Program-made: the position numbers and the translations under genes
Origin: Shigella phage ESH35
Sequence record: ON528745
Reading direction: 5' to 3' (one strand)
DNA: 64,000 bases
Shown: positions 8,794 to 17,953 of the stretch, in pieces
Numbering within the stretch: the stretch's first letter is position 1
Layout: each line of letters opens with the position of its first letter
Notes under the pieces: model-generated
The model's database searches: none
Told to the model about the DNA's origin: nothing
The model's input: only the letters and a program-made list of their open reading frames with translations

Positions 8794-10607
8794 CAATTGA
8801 AAAAGAAATTGAAGGATTGATTCATAAAACTAATAAAGACCTTTTGAACGAGAATGCTAATAAAGATTCTCGTGTTTTTCCAACTCAACGGGACCTTATG
8901 GCTGGTATTGTGTCTAAACACATTGCCAAAAATATGGTCCCGTCTTTTATTATGAAAGCGCATGAAAGCGGAATTATTCATTTCCATGATATTGATTATT
9001 CCCCTGCTCTTCCATTTACTAATTGTTGTTTAGTAGATTTAAAAGGAATGCTTGAAAACGGATTTAAGCTAGGTAATGCACAGATTGAAACTCCTAAATC
9101 AATTGGAGTTGCTACTGCAATTATGGCACAAATTACTGCGCAAGTTGCTTCTCACCAATACGGCGGAACGACTTTTGCGAATGTAGATAAAGTACTTTCT
9201 CCTTATGTTAAACGCACCTATGCAAAACATATTGAGGATGCAGAAAAATGGCAAATCGCTGATGCGTTAAATTATGCTCAATCTAAAACAGAAAAAGATG
9301 TATACGATGCATTCCAAGCTTATGAATATGAAGTAAATACTCTCTTTAGTTCAAACGGACAGACTCCTTTTGTAACAATTACATTTGGTACGGGAACTGA
9401 CTGGACTGAACGAATGATTCAGAAAGCAATTCTGAAAAATCGTATTAAAGGTCTCGGTCGTGATGGGATAACTCCTATTTTCCCTAAGCTTGTTATGTTC
9501 GTTGAAGAAGGTGTTAATCTTTATAAAGACGATCCGAACTATGATATTAAGCAGCTTGCTCTAGAGTGTGCAAGCAAAAGGATGTATCCTGATATTATTT
9601 CAGCTAAGAACAATAAAGCTATCACCGGCTCATCTATTCCTGTTTCTCCAATGGGTTGCCGCAGTTTCTTGAGTGCGTGGAAAGATTCAACCGGTAATGA
9701 AATTCTTGATGGACGTAATAATCTTGGTGTTGTAACACTGAATCTTCCTCGTATTGCGTTGGATTCTTATATTGGAACACAGTTCAATGAACAGAAATTT
9801 ACTGAATTGTTCAATGAGCGAATGGATTTATGTTTTGAAGCTTTGATGTGTAGAATTAGTTCCTTAAAAGGAGTTAAAGCGACTGTTGCTCCTATTCTTT
9901 ATCAAGAAGGTGCATTCGGGGTTCGTCTTAAACCTGATGACGACATAATTGAGTTATTTAAAAACGGTAGAAGTTCAGTGTCTTTAGGATACATTGGTAT
10001 TCATGAATTGAATATTCTTGTCGGTCGTGATATTGGACAAGAAATTTTAACTAAAATGAATGCTCGTCTTAAACAGTGGGCTGAAAGAACTGGGTTTGCT
10101 TTTAGTTTGTATTCGACTCCTGCTGAAAACCTTTGTTATCGCTTCTGTAAACTTGATACAGAAAAATATGGAAGTGTAAAAGATGTTACCGATAAAGGAT
10201 GGTACACTAACAGTTTCCATGTTTCAGTAGAAGAAAATATTACTCCGTTTGAAAAGATTTCTCGCGAAGCCCCATATCATTTCATTGCGACAGGTGGTCA
10301 CATTTCTTATGTTGAACTTCCTGATATGAAAAATAACCTAAAAGGTCTTGAGGCTGTCTGGGATTATGCTGCACAACATTTAGATTATTTTGGTGTTAAT
10401 ATGCCAGTAGATAAATGTTTTACATGTGGAAGTACCCATGAAATGACTCCTACTGAAAACGGATTTGTTTGTTCTATTTGTGGAGAAACTGATCCTAAAA
10501 AGATGAACACAATAAGAAGAACATGTGGTTATTTGGGAAATCCGAACGAACGCGGATTTAATCTCGGCAAAAATAAAGAAATCATGCATAGGGTTAAGCA
10601 CCAATGA
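8790..10607 (+). CDS. nrdD: anaerobic ribonucleotide reductase large subunit NrdD
   Basis: 605-aa continuous ORF; C-terminal Zn site CFTCGS..CSICG and glycyl-radical motif RRTCGYLG. Confidence 0.92.
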   Translation: MTIEKEIEGLIHKTNKDLLNENANKDSRVFPTQRDLMAGIVSKHIAKNMVPSFIMKAHESGIIHFHDIDYSPALPFTNCCLVDLKGMLENGFKLGNAQIETPKSIGVATAIMAQITAQVASHQYGGTTFANVDKVLSPYVKRTYAKHIEDAEKWQIADALNYAQSKTEKDVYDAFQAYEYEVNTLFSSNGQTPFVTITFGTGTDWTERMIQKAILKNRIKGLGRDGITPIFPKLVMFVEEGVNLYKDDPNYDIKQLALECASKRMYPDIISAKNNKAITGSSIPVSPMGCRSFLSAWKDSTGNEILDGRNNLGVVTLNLPRIALDSYIGTQFNEQKFTELFNERMDLCFEALMCRISSLKGVKATVAPILYQEGAFGVRLKPDDDIIELFKNGRSSVSLGYIGIHELNILVGRDIGQEILTKMNARLKQWAERTGFAFSLYSTPAENLCYRFCKLDTEKYGSVKDVTDKGWYTNSFHVSVEENITPFEKISREAPYHFIATGGHISYVELPDMKNNLKGLEAVWDYAAQHLDYFGVNMPVDKCFTCGSTHEMTPTENGFVCSICGETDPKKMNTIRRTCGYLGNPNERGFNLGKNKEIMHRVKHQ

Positions 10608-11074
10608 ATTATGATAGATTTTATCCTTGCGATTTTGTTAATGGTCCTGGCTGTAGGACCGTTCTTTTCGTTACAGGTTGTTTGCATAAATGTGAAGGGT
10701 GTTATAATAAATCAACATGGAATGCTAGAAATGGTGTTCCATTCACTGGTGAAACACTAGAACAATTAATTGAATGTTTGAATAATGATTATATAGAAGG
10801 ATTGACTATAACCGGAGGTGACCCTCTCTATCCTGATAACCGAGATGTTGTTCATTGCATTGTTCAAACAGTAAAAAATTTTTATCCCAATAAAAGCATT
10901 TGGTTGTGGACAGGATATAAATTTGAAGATATTAAACAACTAGAAATGCTTAAATATGTTGATGTTATTATTGATGGGAAGTATGAGAAAAATCTTCCGA
11001 CCAAAAAGCTGTGGCGAGGATCAGATAATCAGCGACTTTGGTCAAATACCGATGGGGTGTGGAAACATGATTAA
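10604..11074 (+). CDS. nrdG: anaerobic RNR activating protein NrdG (radical SAM)
   Basis: 156 aa; CLHKCEGC radical-SAM cysteine motif; start overlaps nrdD stop. Confidence 0.88.
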   Translation: MNYDRFYPCDFVNGPGCRTVLFVTGCLHKCEGCYNKSTWNARNGVPFTGETLEQLIECLNNDYIEGLTITGGDPLYPDNRDVVHCIVQTVKNFYPNKSIWLWTGYKFEDIKQLEMLKYVDVIIDGKYEKNLPTKKLWRGSDNQRLWSNTDGVWKHD

Positions 11075-11188
11075 ATTGAATTATATTATGGACACTATAA
11101 ATGATATGATTTTTCATTTTGGTCCAGAATTTTATTCGCAATATAGTTTAGTGCTTATCAATGCTTGGTTAATCAATTAAGGGTAAAT

Positions 11189-11401
11189 ATGTATAAATTT
11201 CGTAAAGGTTTAGCTGATTTTCTTACAACCGTAACATTCTTTTTGTTTATGGCAGTTGGAGCTATTTTCCTTATTCCTTTTATTGCTATATTTTTCGTGA
11301 TTAGTTTGATTTCTCCAGAAAAAGGACTATCTTCTAGTGAGTTCAATGAGCGTCTGGATAAAATTACTAATAAGCTGAATGCTGCTCTTAGTAAGGAATA
11401 G
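11189..11401 (+). CDS. small membrane protein
   Basis: Track ORF 11165..11401 trimmed to internal ATG; hydrophobic core TVTFFLFMAVGAIFLIPFIAIFFVISLI. Confidence 0.4.
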   Translation: MYKFRKGLADFLTTVTFFLFMAVGAIFLIPFIAIFFVISLISPEKGLSSSEFNERLDKITNKLNAALSKE

Positions 11402-11403
11402 TT

Positions 11404-11712
11404 GTGAAACAAAACAAGATTGAAGTCTATGGAATTCCAGATGAAGTAGGTCGTTGTCCTGGATGTCAATCAGTTACAAAACTTCTAAAGGAGCTCAATG
11501 CTCCTTTTACTTTCTATAAAGTTCTTACAAATAATGGTAAGATTGAGTATGATCGTCCACTGATTGTATCTCTTGCTAAACGCGCTGGATTCACATCTCT
11601 TAACATTCGTTATCCAGTCATTTTCATCAATGATTCTAGACAAAAGAACATTAAACACTTCAAAGAAACTCTCATTTCACTTGGATATGATAGAGATATC
11701 ATAGAAGACTAA
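11404..11712 (+). CDS. nrdH: glutaredoxin-like protein NrdH
   Basis: 102 aa, CPGC redox motif, GTG start; followed by terminator hairpin. Confidence 0.7.
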   Translation: MKQNKIEVYGIPDEVGRCPGCQSVTKLLKELNAPFTFYKVLTNNGKIEYDRPLIVSLAKRAGFTSLNIRYPVIFINDSRQKNIKHFKETLISLGYDRDIIED

Positions 11713-11715
11713 GAC

Positions 11716-11737
11716 GGGCCCTCTGGGCCTTTCTTTC
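11716..11737 (+). terminator. intrinsic terminator
   Basis: GGCCC-TCT-GGGCC hairpin followed by TTTCTTTCT after nrdH. Confidence 0.5.
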
Positions 11738-11809
11738 TCGCATTCTGTATATTACCATTCTAAGCTATCGTTCCCTTCTTATCGTTCCCTAAAATAATTT
11801 CACAAAGTT

Positions 11810-11839
11810 GTTTACAAGAAGTTCAAACTGTGGTATTAT
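11810..11839 (+). promoter_or_regulatory. early promoter
   Basis: AATTTCACAAAGTTGTTTACAAG...TGTGGTATTATT; coordinates approximate. Confidence 0.5.
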
Positions 11840-11869
11840 TAACATATGAATTGCCTTTGAGGATTTGAT

Positions 11870-12046
11870 ATGGTTGATAAAGAGATTAAAAAGGATCAGT
11901 ATTATCGTGTTAACGGACATATTGTTATTGTTACAGCAGTAGATGATCTAGATGTTCATTATACTGTACTTAAATGGAATAAACAGATGATTTGCGATCG
12001 TGCTGTATTTAGTTCAGTTGCTAAGGAAATTAAACTCCATGGGTAA
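11870..12046 (+). CDS. hypothetical small protein (58 aa)
   Basis: Not in track (<60 aa); read by eye after early promoter and GAGGA; stop overlaps next start (ATGGGTAA); coordinates approximate. Confidence 0.3.
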   Translation: MVDKEIKKDQYYRVNGHIVIVTAVDDLDVHYTVLKWNKQMICDRAVFSSVAKEIKLHG

Positions 12047-12332
12047 AACGTATCGTCGTAAAGATTTAAAAGTACGTGATTATGACTATTTCGGAAAGCG
12101 TAAAGCTCCTGATGGTGTAAGTCATAAAGATATGGTTGAAAACATTTTTCGCTCAGATAAATGGCGTAGAATGAAAGGCATTGATTCAGAAGTTAAAGAT
12201 GAGTTAAATCGTCAATTACGTGGTGAAGTAAGAAAGTTGAAAAAATCAGTTTACATTGACGATGATTTTGATTACAATACTTCTCAACGAGTTGCTAAGC
12301 GTAAATCAAACGAGTGCTATCGTTACAGCTGA
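12039..12332 (+). CDS. hypothetical basic protein
   Basis: Track ORF 12000..12332 (GTG) trimmed to ATG index 14; Lys/Arg-rich. Confidence 0.45.
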   Translation: MGKTYRRKDLKVRDYDYFGKRKAPDGVSHKDMVENIFRSDKWRRMKGIDSEVKDELNRQLRGEVRKLKKSVYIDDDFDYNTSQRVAKRKSNECYRYS

Positions 12333-12339
12333 GGAAAAT

Positions 12340-12471
12340 ATGAATATCAAACGCATGCTTTTTAAACAGGGATTATATACTTTAAATGTTGCTCCAAAAG
12401 GCGATACGACCAAGTGGTCAGTAAATGACTGGATTAAATTTATTGATGAAAATGGTAATTGGAAAATTTAA
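12340..12471 (+). CDS. hypothetical small protein
   Basis: Internal ATG of track ORF 12256..12471 preceded by GAGGAAAAT. Confidence 0.3.
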   Translation: MNIKRMLFKQGLYTLNVAPKGDTTKWSVNDWIKFIDENGNWKI

Positions 12472-12672
12472 ATGAATCCTGAATCTAAATTATCGCAACG
12501 AATTGCTGAAGCTCGTCGCCAGTTCTTTGAAAATATGATAGCCCAGGGTATTGATGACGAAGTTTTTCTGAACTGGTTTTGGAATCACAAATATTCAAAA
12601 TGCGCAGGAGCAATATTAATATCAGCCGCAATGATGTACGAAGGCTGGAAGGGTGCCAAACAGTTTAGCTAA
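12472..12672 (+). CDS. hypothetical protein
   Basis: 66-aa ORF followed directly by GGGCTTCGGCCC terminator. Confidence 0.45.
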   Translation: MNPESKLSQRIAEARRQFFENMIAQGIDDEVFLNWFWNHKYSKCAGAILISAAMMYEGWKGAKQFS

Positions 12673-12690
12673 GGGCTTCGGCCCTTTTTG
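12672..12690 (+). terminator. intrinsic terminator (UUCG tetraloop)
   Basis: GGGCTTCGGCCC + TTTTTG. Confidence 0.6.
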
Positions 12691-12724
12691 GATAATAAAA
12701 TTTTAACGCAATTGAGGATAATGT

Positions 12725-13051
12725 ATGACTATTCAAATTAAAAACGCCATCAATTCTTATGCATATGATAAAGTAGTTTCTCTGCTAGAAAAAGGCGATA
12801 TTGTAACTCCTCAAATTTTGGATAAATGGGAAAAAGAGCTTCATCAGACGATGAAACAGAATGATCAGAAGATTGGACGAAATACTGTCCGTGAATTGTT
12901 GGTTCAATATATCTTGTCAGAATTTGATGTTAAAGCTTTTGGTGTAGAATCTAAAGCTTATCAAAAACATGAAATTTCCGATAAAACTATTCGTCGTATG
13001 AAAAATCAACGCAAGAAAAAATTTGCTGACCTGAAAATTGCTAAGGTATGA
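12725..13051 (+). CDS. hypothetical protein
   Basis: 108-aa ORF with AGGA upstream. Confidence 0.5.
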   Translation: MTIQIKNAINSYAYDKVVSLLEKGDIVTPQILDKWEKELHQTMKQNDQKIGRNTVRELLVQYILSEFDVKAFGVESKAYQKHEISDKTIRRMKNQRKKKFADLKIAKV

Positions 13052-13269
13052 ATATGAACGAAGCTCTTATTAACGATTTACGTCTTGCCGGATATGAAGT
13101 AAATACAAATGGCATTGGTTTAACTCAAATTGAAGGAAATGGATTCATCCTTGAGTATGAATTTAGCCAATGGTGGTTATACGCTAATTATGGCGAATTG
13201 ATTGAATACGTTGACCAGTTTGATTCACTAGATGCAGCTCTCGAAGCGGCTAAGTTGATGAATGTATGA
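13048..13269 (+). CDS. hypothetical acidic protein
   Basis: 73-aa ORF, start overlaps upstream stop. Confidence 0.5.
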   Translation: MNMNEALINDLRLAGYEVNTNGIGLTQIEGNGFILEYEFSQWWLYANYGELIEYVDQFDSLDAALEAAKLMNV

Positions 13270-13535
13270 AATTTATTAATATTTCTATTACTATTGAAAA
13301 TTATGGCATTTTCTATGTTGACCAATACATGAAAATTTCATTTTTCCCAAATAAGACTGGTATTGGATATTGGGAAAGCCATGTTTCTGAATTAAATGAA
13401 AGTGAATATGTTAGTACACATGAAAAGTTTTTAGACTTTTTATATCATGCTGATCTAACTAGTCATTATATAGATATTCATGAATTTAAAAAGATGATGG
13501 AAAAAGTATTCCAAGCATACTGTTTACTTAGATAA
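13266..13535 (+). CDS. hypothetical protein
   Basis: 89-aa ORF, start overlaps upstream stop. Confidence 0.45.
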   Translation: MKFINISITIENYGIFYVDQYMKISFFPNKTGIGYWESHVSELNESEYVSTHEKFLDFLYHADLTSHYIDIHEFKKMMEKVFQAYCLLR

Positions 13536-13613
13536 CTGATATCCTCTATGCTTTAAGATAGATCTTCAAATATTATGATATAATAGATCTATGAATTGAG
13601 CTAAGAGGTGAAA

Positions 13614-14171
13614 ATGACAGAAACTAAGCCTAAATATAATTACGTAAACAATAAAGAGCTTTTACAAGCTATTATTGATTGGAAAACAGAATTAGCAAAT
13701 AATAAAGACCCAAATAAAGTAGTTCGTCAGAATGATACTATCGGATTAGCCATTATGCTTATTGCAGAAGGCTTATCTAAGCGTTTCAACTTTTCAGGAT
13801 ACACCCAGTCCTGGAAACAAGAAATGATTGCAGATGGTATAGAAGCTTCTATTAAGGGGCTTCATAATTTTGATGAAACGAAATATAAAAACCCACATGC
13901 ATATATAACTCAAGCTTGTTTTAATGCATTCGTCCAACGTATTAAAAAAGAACGTAAGGAAGTTGCAAAGAAATATAGTTACTTCGTTCACAATGTCTAT
14001 GACAGCCGTGACGACGATATGGTTGCGTTAGTAGATGAAACTTTTATTCAAGACATCTATGATAAAATGACGCATTACGAAGAATCAACCTATAGAACAC
14101 CGGGGGCTGAAAAGAAAAGTGTTGTAGACGATTCTCCTAGTTTGGATTTTTTATATGAGGCTAACGATTAA
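13614..14171 (+). CDS. 55: late-transcription sigma factor gp55
   Basis: Track ORF 13608..14171 trimmed to ATG; [23 protein letters not shown]... recognised as T4 gp55 (about 185 aa). Confidence 0.9.
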   Translation: MTETKPKYNYVNNKELLQAIIDWKTELANNKDPNKVVRQNDTIGLAIMLIAEGLSKRFNFSGYTQSWKQEMIADGIEASIKGLHNFDETKYKNPHAYITQACFNAFVQRIKKERKEVAKKYSYFVHNVYDSRDDDMVALVDETFIQDIYDKMTHYEESTYRTPGAEKKSVVDDSPSLDFLYEAND

Positions 14172-14373
14172 CCTCTCCGGATTCTTGGAAGAAATACCTG
14201 AAGTTGAAGCTATTCCCTATTTACTTAAAATGTATCTCAGGGAAGTTTTAGCTCTTGACATTGATATTGATCCAGAAAATCCGTATGATACCGCTTTTAA
14301 ATCTAATGGTGTAGAATTAAACTATCGGTATCATTTAACAGATGATGATTTTTATTTTATATTAGAGAAATAA
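14155..14373 (+). CDS. hypothetical protein
   Basis: 72-aa ORF overlapping gene 55 end. Confidence 0.4.
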   Translation: MRLTINLSGFLEEIPEVEAIPYLLKMYLREVLALDIDIDPENPYDTAFKSNGVELNYRYHLTDDDFYFILEK

Positions 14374-14374
14374 T

Positions 14375-14692
14375 ATGACTGATAAACCCGAAATTAATGA
14401 TGAAGTGGAAAAGCTTATTTCTTCTATTGAAGAAAAGAACCGTCTTGAAGCAGAAAGAAAAGCAAATAAGTTATTGTCTAAAAACAAACGCGAACTGAAC
14501 CGTCTTTATAAGCACGCTCAGATTGCAGCTGAAAACAATAATTTCGCTCAATACGAATATGCTATCAAGAAAAGTCGGGATATTCTAAAACAGCCATATA
14601 ACGATGAACTCATTAGTATTCTTTGGAAGACTACTAGATCGCAGATTGAGGATATGATTGATGCTTACACACGTAAAATTCAAGCGTCTTAA
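14375..14692 (+). CDS. hypothetical helical protein
   Basis: 105-aa ORF, charged helical composition. Confidence 0.5.
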   Translation: MTDKPEINDEVEKLISSIEEKNRLEAERKANKLLSKNKRELNRLYKHAQIAAENNNFAQYEYAIKKSRDILKQPYNDELISILWKTTRSQIEDMIDAYTRKIQAS

Positions 14693-14864
14693 AATTAATG
14701 CAGGATTTACTGAATCTTTGAATGGTCATCTTTGCGTGAAAATTTCTGAAAAAGAATACCATGATAGTTCAATTAAAGAAGTTAATCCTCCTATTGTAAG
14801 AGCAGACCCTAATATGAAAGTGTGGGTTGATTCCTATCAAGTCAAAAAATGGTGGCAACTGTGA
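14658..14864 (+). CDS. hypothetical protein
   Basis: 68-aa track ORF (TTG/ATG start) overlapping upstream ORF by 35 nt. Confidence 0.35.
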   Translation: MMLTHVKFKRLKINAGFTESLNGHLCVKISEKEYHDSSIKEVNPPIVRADPNMKVWVDSYQVKKWWQL

Positions 14865-15040
14865 AAGATGAACACCCAGACTTCTGAAATAGATTATAAT
14901 AAAATTCGTTCCTCTAAAGAGGAAATGATGAGACGCTTTAAAGAGTCTCATGATAAAGCTAAAGCAGAAGGAACTATAAAATATAAGCGCATAAAATTTA
15001 AAAGTTCTAACGAGCCTCTGTATGGCGTATTATGTGGATA

Positions 15041-15066
15041 GGAGCTTCGGCTCCTATATTGCTTTA
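15041..15066 (+). terminator. intrinsic terminator (UUCG tetraloop)
   Basis: GGAGCTTCGGCTCC then T-rich tract, upstream of alpha-gt. Confidence 0.5.
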
Positions 15067-15107
15067 TAAATTTTTGGTAAAATAAACCAAAACAAAGAGG
15101 ATATTAA

Positions 15108-16310
15108 ATGAAAGTATGTATTTTTATGGTTCGAGGTCTTGAAGGTTGTGGTGTAACTAAATTTTCTCTTGAGCAACGTGATTGGTTTATTAAGAATGGT
15201 CATGAAGTAACTTTGGTTTATGCTAAAGATAAATCATTTACTCGTAATTGCGCGCATGATTATAAATCATTTTCAATTCCGGTTTTATTGGCAAAAGAAT
15301 ATGATAAAACACTTAAGCTGGTAAATGATTGTGATATTCTAATTATCAATTCAGTTCCTGCTACTTCGGTTGAAGAAGACACTATTAATAACTATAAAAA
15401 AATTATTGATAACATTAAACCTTCTGTTCGTGTTGTAGTTTATCAACATGACCATTCTTCTCTTTCTTTGCGCCGAAATTTGGGATTAGAAGAAACTGTT
15501 CGTCGAGCTGATGTTATTTTTAGCCATTCTGATAATGGTGATTTTAATAAAGTTCTGATGAAAGAATGGTATCCTGAAACAGTTTCTCTGTTTGATGATA
15601 TTGAAGAAGCACCGACAGTATATAACTTTCAGCCTCCTATGGATATTGCGAAGGTTCGGTCAACCTACTGGAAAGATGTTTCTGAAATTAACATGAATAT
15701 CAACCGTTGGATTGGTCGTACGACCACATGGAAAGGTTTTTATCAGATGTTTGATTTTCATGAAAAACATCTTAAACCTGCAGGACTAAGTACTATTATG
15801 GAAGGTCTGGAACGTTCTCCAGCGTTCATTCCTATTAAAGAAAAAGGAATTCCATACGAGTATTATCGTCTTCATCAAGTAGACCAAATTAAAATTGCTC
15901 CTAATTTGCCAACGCAAATTCTTGACCGTTATGTAAATAGCGAAATGCTTGAACGTATGAGTAAATCCGGATTTGGTTATCAGTTGAGTAAGTTGGATAA
16001 AAAATATCTACAGCGTTCTTTAGAATATACTCATCTCGAGCTTGGTGCATGTGGAACAATTCCGGTATTTTGGAAATCTACTGGCGAAAATTTAAAATTC
16101 CGTGTTGATAATACTCCTTTGACCTCGCATGATAGCGGTATCATTTGGTTTGATGAAAATGATATGGAATCAACATTTGAACGTATTAAAGAACTGTCAT
16201 CTGACCGAGCTCTTTATGACCGTGAGCGAGAAAAAGCATATGAATTTTTGTATCAGCATCAAGATTCAAGCTTCTGCTTTAAAGAACAGTTTGACATTAT
16301 TACAAAATAA
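15108..16310 (+). CDS. a-gt: DNA alpha-glucosyltransferase
   Basis: 400 aa; near-identical to remembered T4 alpha-gt N-terminus MRICIFMARGLEGCGVTKFSLEQRDWFIKNGHEV. Confidence 0.9.
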   Translation: MKVCIFMVRGLEGCGVTKFSLEQRDWFIKNGHEVTLVYAKDKSFTRNCAHDYKSFSIPVLLAKEYDKTLKLVNDCDILIINSVPATSVEEDTINNYKKIIDNIKPSVRVVVYQHDHSSLSLRRNLGLEETVRRADVIFSHSDNGDFNKVLMKEWYPETVSLFDDIEEAPTVYNFQPPMDIAKVRSTYWKDVSEINMNINRWIGRTTTWKGFYQMFDFHEKHLKPAGLSTIMEGLERSPAFIPIKEKGIPYEYYRLHQVDQIKIAPNLPTQILDRYVNSEMLERMSKSGFGYQLSKLDKKYLQRSLEYTHLELGACGTIPVFWKSTGENLKFRVDNTPLTSHDSGIIWFDENDMESTFERIKELSSDRALYDREREKAYEFLYQHQDSSFCFKEQFDIITK

Positions 16311-16335
16311 AGGGCTTCGGCCCTTTAGCTTTATA
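16311..16335 (+). terminator. intrinsic terminator (UUCG tetraloop)
   Basis: GGGCTTCGGCCC + TTTAGCTTTA after alpha-gt. Confidence 0.6.
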
Positions 16336-16349
16336 CGGAGTTTGATATA

Positions 16350-16490
16350 ATGATATTTCTTGGATATGTGATACTTTTTCTTGCATTTTATCTATTCACT
16401 AGAGCATGCTGGATTGGGTTCTTTAGCACTCCAGATGGATTTATTTCAATAATTTTATTTTGCATTTCAATGACGGTTCTTGATATATGA
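16350..16490 (+). CDS. small hydrophobic protein (47.1 position)
   Basis: Not in track; about 46-aa hydrophobic ORF ending in ATGA overlap with gene 47 start; coordinates approximate. Confidence 0.3.
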   Translation: MIFLGYVILFLAFYLFTRACWIGFFSTPDGFISIILFCISMTVLDI

Positions 16491-17506
16491 AAATTTTAAA
16501 TTTAGGTGATTGGCATTTAGGCGTTAAAGCCGATGATGAGTGGGTTCAATCCATTCAGTTAGATGGAATTAAACAAGCAATAGAATATTCTAAGAAAAAT
16601 GGAATTACTACCTGGATTCAATATGGTGATATTTTTGATGTGCGAAAAGCAATCACACATAAAACTATGGAGTTCGCTCGTGAAATAGTTCAAATGCTTG
16701 ATGATGCTGGTATTACCCTGCATACTGTTGTAGGAAACCATGATATGCACTTTAAAAATACTTTAACTCCAAATGCCTCTACTGAGCTTTTGGCTAAATA
16801 TCCTAATGTTAAAGTATATGATAAGCCTACTACAGTAGATTTTGACGGATGTTTAATTGATTTAATTCCTTGGATGTGTGAAGAAAATACTGGTGAAATT
16901 CTCGAGCACATAAAAACTTCTTCTGCTTCTTTTTGTGTTGGTCACTGGGAACTGAATGGATTTTATTTTTATAAAGGAATGAAATCTCACGGTCTTGAAC
17001 CTGATTTCCTTAAGACTTATAAAGAGGTGTGGTCTGGTCACTTCCATACTATTTCTGAGGCTGCAAACGTCAGATATATTGGGACACCATGGACACTAAC
17101 TGCAGGTGACGAGAATGACCCTCGTGGGTTCTGGATGTTTGATACAGAAACAGAACGAATGGAATTTATTCCAAACAACACTACCTGGCATCGTAGAATT
17201 CATTATCCATTTAAAGGAAAAATTGACTATAAAGATTTTACAAATCTATCAGTACGTGTTATAGTAACTGAAGTAGACAAAAATCTAACGAAGTTCGAAT
17301 CTGAACTAGAAAAAGTTGTGCATTCGTTACGAGTTGTGTCAAAGATTGATAACTCTGTCGAGTCAGATGACAGTGAAGAAGTTGAAGTTCAATCTCTTCA
17401 GACGTTGATGGAAGAATACATTAATGCAATTCCAGACATCACTGATTCTGACCGCGAAGCACTTATTCAATATGCAAATCAGTTATATGTAGAGGCAACG
17501 CAATGA
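16487..17506 (+). CDS. 47: recombination nuclease subunit gp47 (Mre11-like)
   Basis: 339 aa; phosphoesterase motifs DWHLG, GDIFD, GNHD, GHWE, GHFH. Confidence 0.9.
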   Translation: MKILNLGDWHLGVKADDEWVQSIQLDGIKQAIEYSKKNGITTWIQYGDIFDVRKAITHKTMEFAREIVQMLDDAGITLHTVVGNHDMHFKNTLTPNASTELLAKYPNVKVYDKPTTVDFDGCLIDLIPWMCEENTGEILEHIKTSSASFCVGHWELNGFYFYKGMKSHGLEPDFLKTYKEVWSGHFHTISEAANVRYIGTPWTLTAGDENDPRGFWMFDTETERMEFIPNNTTWHRRIHYPFKGKIDYKDFTNLSVRVIVTEVDKNLTKFESELEKVVHSLRVVSKIDNSVESDDSEEVEVQSLQTLMEEYINAIPDITDSDREALIQYANQLYVEATQ

Positions 17507-17766
17507 CTTTTGATGAATTTAAAAATGTTATGATGAGTCAGCATTTTGAATGCGAAGTAAAAGATGATATTGGTCATAAAGAAATTATTGAATATTGGTT
17601 TGAACCGTTAGAGGTTGAAGATAATTGTATTAAAAAGGTTACAGTCTGCACTGACTGGGCTGTATCTTTTAACTTCAACATTTTAGATAATGACACACCT
17701 AAATCATTACAAGATATGGCTGTATCTTGTATTAAGGATGCATACTGTGAAGTTTTCGACATTTGA
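17503..17766 (+). CDS. hypothetical protein (46.2 position)
   Basis: 87-aa ORF overlapping gene 47 stop. Confidence 0.45.
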   Translation: MTFDEFKNVMMSQHFECEVKDDIGHKEIIEYWFEPLEVEDNCIKKVTVCTDWAVSFNFNILDNDTPKSLQDMAVSCIKDAYCEVFDI

Positions 17767-17953
17767 CATTAATGATGAATTCATAGCAAACATTGATTAT
17801 ACCGAAGAAGATTCTAGATATGTTGGAATAATTTATATCACATCAAAAACAGCACAAGGCGTTGTTTGCATGGCTGAATTTGATGAATACTTTTTAGATT
17901 ATGATGATATGATAGAATGGTCTAAAAGATACATTAAAAGGAATCTTTTGTGA
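17738..17953 (+). CDS. hypothetical protein (46.1 position)
   Basis: Track ORF 17690..17953 trimmed to internal ATG to reduce overlap; start uncertain. Confidence 0.4.
   Translation: MHTVKFSTFDINDEFIANIDYTEEDSRYVGIIYITSKTAQGVVCMAEFDEYFLDYDDMIEWSKRYIKRNLL

Noticed and set aside
8790-10607. Group I intron or I-TevII insertion in nrdD
   Set aside because: The ORF is continuous at the full expected 605 aa.
11766-11788. Short direct repeat TATCGTTCCC x2 downstream of nrdH
   Set aside because: Only two 10-bp copies in an intergenic AT-rich region; no associated ORF or symmetry, likely chance.
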